A stretch of DNA of 64,000 nucleotides from contig NW_024704752.1 in the NCBI RefSeq assembly GCF_018977255.1, forward strand, positions 682,001 to 746,000, written 5' to 3'. The translations under genes and the position numbers were made by a program. The notes beneath the pieces are model-generated. The model ran no database searches. It saw only the letters and a program-made list of their open reading frames with translations, and was not told the origin of the DNA. Below, piece after piece: positions 27,090-37,700 of the stretch (position 1 is its first letter; every line of letters begins with the position of its first letter). Origin of the DNA: Callorhinchus milii. Lineage: Eukaryota.

Positions 27090-30020
27090 TGCTCCCTGAA
27101 GATGCTCTCCCATCTACTTCCCGCACTCCGCTACTCCCACCGCCCTCCTTGCATTCTCTCTCTCCTGACTCCCATCAATGCCTTCCTCTGCTCTAGCTTG
27201 TGTATCCTCTGCCAGGTCCATCATGGATCTCGGCGATGGTTGTCCCAAAGCAGTCACCCCAACTGTTCCATTGCCCTCTGTCCCCGACACAGCAACCTTC
27301 CCCACCCCTTCTCTCATCCACATGCTTACCCTTCCAAAATTATCCCTGCCCCTCAGTCTAAAACCATCCGTATCCTCCCATGGAGCCCTTCTCCACTAGC
27401 TTACCCACTCGCATTTCTCTCCAAAGTGTCCAATTTCTCTTAAATAAAACCCTCAAGGTCCACAACCTCATCCTGGATGGCCACATTGCATTTTGGGGCT
27501 CAAAAAAACCTGGCTTTCCCCTGGCAACCCTGTCCCCCTAATGTAAGCCTTCCCGCACTTGGGCTACACCCTTCACCCCTACATCACACCGCCCAAACCA
27601 ACGCAGCGATGGGGTGGTCCTCATCTCCCAAACTTCCCTCACTCTATCCCTCTATTCCTCCAGCTCCTTCCTCTTTTGAACACTTGACCTTGCACCATCC
27701 CTCCAACTCCTTCAAAGTCTCCCTCATTTATTATCCTCTCAAACCACCTAGTTCCTCCATCCCTGACATCGCTTTGCTCCTCTCATCCCTCTGCATCACA
27801 ATCGGTGATTTCAACCTTCATCTAAATTCCCTTTGCCCTATCTCCTCTGACTTCATTGCCCTCCTCTCCACACTAAACCTCACCCTCCACATAAACTCCC
27901 TGATCCACAACCGTGGCCACGCCCTCAACCTCGTTATCACTCACAGACTTGACATTTCCGACCTGTCAATCACAGGCAAGGCCATCTCAGACTATTTCTT
28001 CCATCTCCCTGCACATCTCCCTCCCCTCCTCCAAGGTCTCCATCCCCTTTTTCCAACCTCCGCAAGTACCACCTCTCCCTCACGCAGGTCAAAATAGCCT
28101 TTTACTCCAAAAACATTTTGGAGGCCAAAAATAATCCATGAACCAAGCTGCCTCCATCGTGTCAAACATCAGAAATATCTGCTTGGCTACATCCACCTCC
28201 CCTACATCGCCTTCTGCAGCCCCAGACCATCTACACCATCCCTTCCCTCCTCCACAACCTCTACCACTGGAGTCCTATAGCTCAGTGGTTAGAGCACTCG
28301 CCTTGCAAGCGAGACACCTGGGTTCAATCCCAGGCAGGGCAAAACCTTGGGTAATTTCCTTACTCCACACACCTAATAATAATCCCTCCAAAACAAAACA
28401 ATAATAAATTGATCATTTTCAATTCACGACTGTTTGTGGGACACTGCTGTACGCAATTGGCTGCCGCTTTTCGCCCACAAATATACGGTCAATTCACTTT
28501 ACAGTCTATTCTGTGAAGCGCTTTGAGAGGTCGAGAAGATGTGAAAAGCGCAACATCAAATGCAAGGATTATTATTATTATTATTACCACTACCACACAT
28601 CCCTCCTTTGCCCCGATTTCTCCTACCTCCTTCTCAACCACCATCTCCCAGATGAAACCCACCACCTGCTGCCTAAAAACCCTCCCCCAATCCAACTGCT
28701 GGTCACTCAACTCCCCCTCCTCTCCCCGCTGCTGGCTGACACATTCAACCAGTGGCTCTCAGGTTCTGTTCCTTTGCCCTATTCAACCCATGTCAGCACT
28801 CCCCTCTCTAAAAAAACCACCATTGATCCCTCCAACCTTACAAATTACTAACCTATTTCCAACCTGACCTTCCTTGCCAAAACTCTGGATGGCGTCATTG
28901 CTAACCAGCTTTGATCTCACCCCTCCCTCCATTCCCTCATCGAGCTCCTCCAGTCTTGTTTCTGCCCTGCCATAGAACAGAGACGCCGCTTGTCAAGGTC
29001 ACAAATTACTTCCCCTCCAGGGCTCCCTCTGCATCCTCATCCTCCTGGACCTCTCAGGCATGTTCGACACAGTTGACCACAACATCCTCATCCACTGTCT
29101 CTCCTCCCTCATTCACCTCAATGGGACTGCACTAGCCTGAATCGAGTTCTCTTTAACATGCCGTCTTCACTTTATCTCCTCAATCGGTTTCTCCTCCTGC
29201 CTACGTCCAGTCACCTGTGGTGAACCCAGGGGCTCCATCCTTGGCCCTCTCCCCTTCCTCGTCTATAGTATCTCTCTTGGCGATGTCATCCACAGACATG
29301 GGGTAAACTTTCACATGTTTGCTGATGACACAAAAATCTACTTCTACTCCAGCTGAGACTCCAGGTCCATCGATGTTCTCTTGGTTTGTCTAGCGGACAT
29401 CAGGGCCTGGCTGAACAAAATATTCATTGGCTTCTATCAACATCTTGTATTCTGCGGCTCTGATCTCTGCAACCTCCTTGTCGTATCTCTCAGACTAACC
29501 AAAATAGTGGCAAGCTTGATGTCAGTTCAACCGACAGTTGTCCTTCCTTCGCCACATCTAGTCCCTGAGCAGGACAGCCTTACTCTAGCTTCGCCACTTT
29601 GCCCGCTTCTCATTCTACCTTACCCCAGATGCAATCAAAATACTTGACCATACGTTCCTCACTTCCTGACTCAATTTCTCAAATGCCCTCTTGGCTGATC
29701 TCCTCAGCTCCACCATGCAAAGGATCTAGTTAATCCAAAACTCCACCGCCTGCATACTCACCTGTACAAAACTCCGTACCCCCATCACACCAGTCCTAGC
29801 CAGACTCCACTTGCTGCCTATCAACAAATGGATTGATTTCAAGATCCTCACAGTCGTTTCCTTTCCCACCTTCAGATCACAACTGAAGACCTTCCTACTT
29901 GTCCGTGCCTATGATCACCTCCCATTCCCCCCAGCTCCGCATTGTGCTTCGCCACTATCTAGCACTCTAGGACACTAACCAGCATGAGGGGCTCTATATA
30001 AATGCAAGTTGTTGTTGTTG
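27090..30020 (+). mobile_element. Long degenerate L2-clade LINE (endonuclease and RT remnants)
   Basis: IGDFNLHLN..HNRGHALNLVIT..AISDY (APE endonuclease), FHMFADDT (RT), and a (ttg)n tail at ~30010. Confidence 0.75.
28269..28590 (+). mobile_element. tRNA-derived SINE (DeuSINE-like) nested in L2
   Basis: Head ggagtcctatagctcagtggttagagcactcgccttgcaagcgagacacctgggttcaatcccagg (A box, B box, TGC anticodon-like loop), followed directly by the SINE core and (tat)n tail. Confidence 0.8.
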
Positions 30021-30594
30021 GCAAGGTTTCCTGCTAATTGTCCAGTTGGGACCACCTACCAGTTAGGCTTTTGGATTACAAGGTTAAGAGAAGCTGAGTG
30101 GGGGATTTCCTTGCCCCAAGTGACTGCTCTGCCCTTCCAGGAGCTGCCGAAGAGCCAGGCTGGCTGTGCCCTGAAACTCAGGAGACCCACCGCAGAGTAG
30201 AGTAAACATAGACCTATATGGAGAGTTTCGTCCATGGAAGATTATGGCAGACACTATTCGTGAGGGTTACTATTGTGAAATGAGATTCAATATGCTTTGT
30301 GGTAGTGCTTTTCCATATTGTGAGAATTCTCTACAAAAAAAGCCAACTTCCTACCCAATTTTCTACCAGTTCACATTTTCATTTGCACGACTGACATTAC
30401 ATTCTTATTAACTATTTATTTTTCTAATTACTTATTTATACATTGTATATATTATACATATATATAGTTTATACTTTATATTGCACTGTATAGTTAAGAC
30501 AACCAAATGAAAAGAATGGAACATGATACAAAAAATACATTACCCACAGATCAGCAAATGTTAAAGCAAAAATAGCACCAGTGACCATATGGTC

Positions 30595-30810
30595 CATATG
30601 GTCTCCAGCGTCCTGTTTCCATTTCCAAGGTGAGGAAATTCTTATCCACTGGGATTATCACGATGTACCTATGGTTTGCATTGTTAAATCTGTTTGAATG
30701 AGTAAATTGACCCACAAATCATTGCAAAGAGAATATACTATACATATCTGCGCAATTAACAGCCAGGATTCAAATAGAGAGACAATCAGCACCTGGTTCC
30801 GAAACGTACT
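30595..30810 (+). promoter_or_regulatory. Retained type-B promoter block upstream of psiB4
   Basis: Only a few mismatches to 7330-7548. TCCACTGGGA at 30645-30654. Confidence 0.45.
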
Positions 30811-32910
30811 ATGATATATTACCTATTTTTGTGCTTACTCTTTGCTAGGTCTATGTGGGAATCAAATGAAGAGACCTGCAAACTACAAGGAACGTTTAAT
30901 TTACCCCAAATATCGAAAGCTGGAGATATTGTTTGAGGAGGGATTTTTAATATACACGCTGGTCGATTTAATCAAATTAATTTCTTTACTGAATATTCAC
31001 CAATATGTTAATTAATTCATATAAAGACATTAGTGGCTAGAGCATTTCATTGCACATATACTTTAGCAGCCATTATAATTTCCACTAAGTACTCACAAAA
31101 CACCTCGACCTATTTCACTTTCCTTTCTTAACATCAATTTGTTGTCCTTTCAGCCTGGTTTATTTATGTTAAACCTTACATTTTCAACAGCGCATTTCAT
31201 GTTGGTTAGACCCCTCAAAGCACATTACAGGATTTACTGTAAAGTGTTGAGATTGTGTTTAGTGGGCAAACGCAGTGGTCCATTTGCATGCAGAAATGTC
31301 GCACAAACAACCATGAAGCGAATGACCAATTTTATTGGTGGATTATTGGTCAGGACACCAAAATAAACTCCCATCTCTTTGGGTAGTGCTCTTAATTTTG
31401 AGCAAGATGGTACAAGAGCCATGTTGTGTCTCTGAAGTTATGAAGTTCTCAGATCAAATAATGATCATTGCATTTGCTATAGTGTTCTCAATATGAAATA
31501 CCAATACAGAGCTGGGGCTGCCCTGTTTCTGTCAGAGGAAGCGTTCTTCTGAATAGACATTAAACCAATGCCACACCAGCTTTTTCAGGTGAATGTTCAA
31601 GATTCCATAGCACTATTCGAAAAGAGAAGGGAGTTTATCCTAGTGGGACATTGTTGTGTATAAACTCGATGCTGAGTTAGTCTGCTAATAAAATCACCGA
31701 TTTCCAGATATAAATAGTGAGAAGATCTTAAATCCATTGTAGTATTGAGAAACCGCAACTCTACAGCAGTCAGTTTGCCCGATGCTGTATCTTGATTTGA
31801 CATTTCTTGCTGCTCACCTTCAACTCGTTATCTATGCTAATTTTGTAGTAGAATTTACCATCAAGTTATATTTACATAGGGCCCTTCTTGAGAGCAGTTC
31901 CTTCGAGTGCTTGTTATGAGTGTAACAGACAGACATTTTCCATCATTGTACAAAATAGCAATATTAACATTAATTGTATCTAGCAATTATCTAATTCATC
32001 CATTTATCACCTAGTTTTGCCTAATTTACACTGGGCTATACCATTTATGATGACTGTGGGTCTCCCACCATTGCAACTAAGAAAGCTCTAGGTCTCATCA
32101 ATGATCAAAAGGAAGAAGAAACAGAGAGCGGTGATGACTGTCAAGAATCTTCAAATATCCCAGCTCTAGTTGCTGCTTATGGATCGTCAGAATCTGTGGT
32201 GGGGTAAGACTTCTAGAAATCCAATGGTAAATTCACGTCATTATATATTTGTTAATATTTGACAAATTACAATTTTGCAAAATAAAACTAATATTACAGA
32301 AAAAATCTAATTTGAATGAATATTGCACATGGAAATTATATGGATACATATTCAATGTTTTAGTTAGGCAAATTAATCTAGACAAATCTGTTCATTAATA
32401 TATAATGTGTGAGGAGACCTTACTAAACTTATGATGGTTCCCTCGTTTAAGGCAACAATACACAACATATCGCATTTACATAGTGCCTTTCGTGTTGGGA
32501 TGATGACCTGAGGCACTCGGCAGTGACCTCGAGTCAGGGAGTGTATTCAAAGGTGTGGAGGGCAAGTAGGGGGTGTGTGGAGATGGGAGAATGACCGAAG
32601 ACAAGGTCAAAGAGGACAGTCTTTAGATGGGCCATGAACGTAAGGGACCAAGGCAGAGGGGCTCCAGAGGCTGAGGTCACAAAGAATGAATTCAAGAATG
32701 CTCAAGCTTGTATGTTGGGTGTCATTCATCCAAGGTATTTAGATTACGAAAATTATCTTCAGATTCATCATCTGCCTACACTTATTTTATCGACTGCAGG
32801 TCAGCTACTTTTCCACATGTGCTTGTCTCAATGATAGGAAAGAATTTCCCACTGTACAGAGCCACACCCAGTGACTACCATCAGTCCAAGGCTTTAGCTC
32901 AAACAGTTAA

Positions 32911-33449
32911 GAATGGTTCTTTTCCTTTCTCACAGAAAAACATATCGTAAAGTGCATGAGCCACAGCATCCACTGCTTTGTATACATTATAGAAACTTGG
33001 ATGGACGTGGATTGGAAAGATAAGAACCAACTATAAGATAATATAATATAAATATAATATAATATAAATATAAGAACTATGGTAATTTTGGAATGCAGGC
33101 ATTTATAGAAATTGCTCAGAAATTTAACATTTGCATTGCCTTCTCTGAATCATTTTCCAGAACTGATTCTCATGAAAAGATCAGAAGAATTGTGAATATA
33201 ATTAAATCATCTACAATTAAATTTGGGGAAACTGCGTTCAACTGCACTTTCTGGTCAGAAAACACAAGCCAAATATGTACAACATCCACATTTCAACAAT
33301 GCACCGGCAATGAAGATTTAACAGAAATACAAAATGCATATTCTGATGTATCTATGGATGGAAGTTCCTACAATGTATACAAAGCAGTGTACGCTGTGGC
33401 TCGTGTACTTCACAATATGCTTTTGTGTGAGAAAGGAAAAGAACCATTC
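32911..33449. repeat. 88-bp inverted repeat pair (32911-32998 and 33362-33449) within psiB4 exon 3
   Basis: The reverse complement of 32911-32998 aligns without gaps to 33362-33449, with about 10 mismatches by manual count. Confidence 0.92.
33032..33075. repeat. AT-rich microsatellite-like expansion (aatat)n inside psiB4 exon 3
   Basis: tataagataatataatataaatataatataatataaatataag interrupts the NNDYG codons. Confidence 0.8.
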
Positions 33450-34629
33450 ATAGATAATACAAGTAATCCATGTGCACGGTCAACCGTGGGAGCTGAGAAC
33501 ATATTTAATAAATAAATATTATAGCGTCATTGGTGAACTTTTTGCATCAAATTGGCATGAAGGCCTCAGCCTGCAGAATTCTCGACTCCTCAGACAGTAT
33601 TCCAGGGTACTGACTGCTGATTACAGCACAGCCCAGAATGGTTCATCAGCAGGACCTGGAAGGACAGACACTGGGGGCAGGGAATCCTCCCACTCCGCTC
33701 CTGTTACTCCTGCAGCCAAAGCCCTAATGGGTAGGGCGGTCGTAGCCAGACAAGCTGTCGTAAAGCTTGCCAGTGTGCTCAATGGCAAACCCTTTGGTTT
33801 TAGCTGATCAGATTCCAACAAGTACTCCATCTCACCCTTTGGGGTCCACAAGCCTTGGCTCCTGCCAACTTGTGCCTAATATATAACGGAATTGGGGAAG
33901 AACAATACATCGCTCCAGGGATTCCATTCCAATAATCAGTTTCTGGAGTTTGCATGTGTAGTGGGATGCATGGAATTCTGTTTGGTTTGGAGTCATGATG
34001 ATGGGTTTCAGTGTGTTTCATTTGGCTGACCAAAAAACAGATACGGAGAGGCCCGGTTCAAGGACATGACTATGGATGTGGGTGGCAGGGTTAATGTGGA
34101 GGGAGAAATGGAGAGAGAAGAGGAGGGAGGAGAAGGCTCCTGGAGCAGAGGTTGAAGGAAGGTAGAAGGATGGAGTTATCAGAGAGTAACTTGCTGAATG
34201 GGGATTTTGGAATGAGGAGATGAGGAAAGTAGAGAGCGATTGGATGCAGGTAAGTGGTGTTCAAAGAAAGGGAAACCTCCTGAGGAGTAAGGGGATAGGC
34301 CAAGTGGAGGGCTGGAGATAAGAGTAATGCCACTATCAAGCCGGTTGGGTCATGGGGAAGGCTGAATGGTGTATCCAGGTGGGATTGAGGGAGAAGATTT
34401 GGTGGGTGATGATCCAGGTTTTAATAAGGGCAAGAGCAGGTCAAGATGAGGATTTTTTGGAGAGGAATGCATTGGAGTTCAAGTTCATGTAGCATTGAAA
34501 AGATTACATTTAAATCGAAGCATAAAAATAACCAACTGTTCGTAAGAGGATAGCCATGTTAAAGACAATCAAACGAGTACAGGTGACATGGCCAAATGTG
34601 AGTTGCATTGAAACACAAACATATGCTCT

Positions 34630-34798
34630 GAGGGTATTTTCCACTTCTGGAGTCAGGAGGATTGTTCCCTGGGATATTGAACATGTACGTGTCCTTTGTA
34701 CTTTGTAATCCATTAGCTGTTGCTAGGTTCATGTATTATATATATACGCGTGCACTTAACGATAAGCCGTGTTGGGAAAGAATCAGCATCAGTTTGCC
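34630..34798 (+). promoter_or_regulatory. Putative proximal promoter of C5
   Basis: TTCCCTGGGA at 34665-34674 and tattatatata at ~34734. Confidence 0.5.
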
Positions 34799-37700
34799 AT
34801 GTATTGTTTATTGTTGTGGTTACTCTTTGTGGATTCTCTGTGCGATTCCAATGAAAATCACTGCAAGCTTCAAAGAAAATTTGATTTATCTAAAATATCG
34901 AAACAGGGAGATGTGATTCTGGGAGGAATCTTCAATATACATACAGCCCCCTTGGAACATATCAATTATTTTCTTATTGCTCCTGAAGAAACTAAATGTG
35001 AAAGGTGAGCTCAGTATTACTACAGACCAAAGTTTATTCAGACTGTTTATATAACGACAAGTGCTAATCCCATCCAGTTCTATTTTGAATGAATGCTGGA
35101 TATTTTTATTATATAATGTAGAAAGAAATAAGTGCTACTCAAATTACTTGGCAACTTTCTGTTTCCTATGTGAGCAACAAATTCCAACTCACCATAGTCT
35201 GTAAAGTTATTTTAGCTTGAAATTTTAAATTGTGCAATATTGTGGAGAATTCTGCAACTCAGACTTCATTTGGAATTTGTTTTTTGCTATTCTTAATAAG
35301 CTATTCTTCATTTCCTTGAGGAAAGGAGAAAGGCAAAAAAAAAAAGGGATAAATTTGCTTCTTTTGGACAACATTGAACATTGGAGGAAGGACATCAGGA
35401 GATTGTAGGGTAGATTCACTGGGACGACATTGGGTATGAGATAATAGAGCTAAAAGGAACTTAATAAGCATTTTGGCTGTAACATCTTTAGGACATAGCA
35501 AAAGGGATCTGGAAAGTGGGATTAATAATGAGATTGATTCAGAATAATGAGGGTATGATAGAGACAAAGATTGCAATGGCGCACGCACATTTGGACTTCT
35601 ACTCTTCCTGTGTTGAAAAATGTTGCTCTACATTGCTTTCCTTGTAAAATAAATCCTATTTTATTTTACGGCTCTTTCCAATGAAACATGTTAATAAGTG
35701 CAATGCATGATGAGCAGCCATACAGCAACAGCAGGAACGTCATCCAATGTCATTACTTTGCTTTATGTTACCACCCATGTTGGAGAACAATTTTGCTTGT
35801 CAATTATTTCATGAGGTTACCATTATGCTAAAAGTATTCAAAAATATAGAATGATTTCAGTATAATACAATATTCTCCAATTAATGTTCACTGGCATTTA
35901 ATGACTACACTAATATGAAATATGTTTGTAAACAAAAAATCATGTGGGTGTCGTCCAGTTTTGATTTCAGAGCATTTCGTCTCGCAAACACCATGATGTT
36001 TGCAATAGAGGAAATAAACCAGACCCAGTGCTGCTCCCTGGTATATTTCTGGGTTATAAGATCTATGATGACTGCGATTCCCCCAACATTGCTATTAAAG
36101 CAGCACTTGATCTTGTGAATGGTCAAGAACAAGAAGATGGCGGCCCAACCTGTGAAGAGTCTCCCAATGTTCCTGCTCTTGTGGGAGCAACCGGATCCTC
36201 AGAGTCCATGGCTGTTGCAAAGACAATTGGCCCTTTCAGAATTCCAGTGGTAAGTTATATCGTGATACTCAACTATATTTGGTGGCATTCATTACACAAG
36301 ATTAATATTTACTACATACTCAATAAATAAAAACAAAAAGTAATAAGAAAATAATGGATTAAATGCACAAAGCGACAAATGTCAAAAAAATTTAATTGCT
36401 ATTTAGGAATCAAAACTATTCGATCACGCTTATTCAAGAATGGTACAAGGGCGGTAAACCCAGCAAATGCATGACAGCTTCATACATGGGGAGCGTGAAG
36501 TGACATGATTAACAATTCAGACATGTTGTGCATCTCATTAATTTTGGATATGAATCTGTATTTTATTAATAAGTTTCAATATTCTATCTAAATGTCTTCC
36601 ATCAACCACAGGTCAGCCATTTTTCAACCTGTGTTTGTCTGAGTAACAAGCATGAATATCCCACGTTTTACAGAACCATACCTAGTGACTACCATCAGTC
36701 CAAGGTTTTAGCTCAAATCATTAAGAAGTTTGGATGGACGTGGATTGGGGCTATCAGAAGCAACAATGACTATGGTAACTTTGGAATGCAGGCATTTGTA
36801 GACATTGCGCAGGAACTTGGCATTTGCATTGCCTTCTCGGAATCATTTCATAGAACTGATTCTATTGAAAAGATAAGAAAAATTGTAAATATAATGAAAT
36901 CATCTACAACTAAAGTGATCGTGGCTTTTGCTGCCCTGGCAGAAATGCGGATATTACTCAAAGAAATTATACGACAAAACGTCACTGGAATTCAGTGGAT
37001 AGGAACTGAGGCCTGGATAACAGCACAGATTATTTCTCCAGATGAGACCTTAAGATTTCTCACTGGGACAATTGGCCTTCAATTCCTTTGTTCGAAGTAA
37101 AAGGATTGCGAGAATTTCTGCTTCAAATTCATCCTTCTGGGTTTCCCGGAAATAGTTTAGTGAAGGAGTTTTGGGAAACTGCGTTCCAATGTATTTTCTG
37201 GTCAGGAAACACAAGCCAAATAACTGCAGCATCTACATTGCAACAATGCACCGGCCAAGAAAAACTATCAGCTCTGCACAATGCATATTCTGAGGTATCT
37301 ATGGATGGAAGTTCCTACAATGTATATAAAGCAGTGTACGCTGTGGCTCATGCACTTCACAATATGATCTCGTGTGAGAAAGGAAAAGGACCATTTATAA
37401 ACAACACCTGTGCACATGTATCCAATCTTCAACCATGGCAGGTAAGGAAATGTTTAATAAGTCAACAGATCTACTTTCCTGTCAAATTTCCACATTGCTT
37501 AATTGTAAATTATTTGCATGTTTCACACAGCATTTAACTTGACCTTCGCCTATCAGAAGATATCACTCAGAAATATGCTTCGAAAAAAGGTCTTTAAAAG
37601 TTTGATGAGAGATATGACATTATAACCCATAAACCATGTATTTTATATTTTTGCAAAGTTACTTCATTACCTACAGTCAGTGAATTTCACAATGACATCC

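Larger units (their letters stand above)
30811..33495 (+). pseudogene. Truncated type-B V2R pseudogene (psiB4; remnants of exons 1-3 only)
   Basis: Exon 1 remnant has TGA at 30934 and has lost its 3' end and donor. Exon 2 remnant (~32015-32226) has an internal deletion. Exon 3 remnant (32800-~33495) has a frameshift, an inverted insertion, an AT expansion and a large internal deletion. No exon 4-6 sequence follows. Confidence 0.92.

Noticed and set aside
28269-28342. Apparent tRNA-Ala(TGC) gene
   Set aside because: It runs directly into a SINE core and (tat)n tail, the acceptor stem pairs poorly, and diverged copies recur at ~6830-6905, ~20925-21000, ~46590-46662 and ~54080-54152. It is a SINE head.
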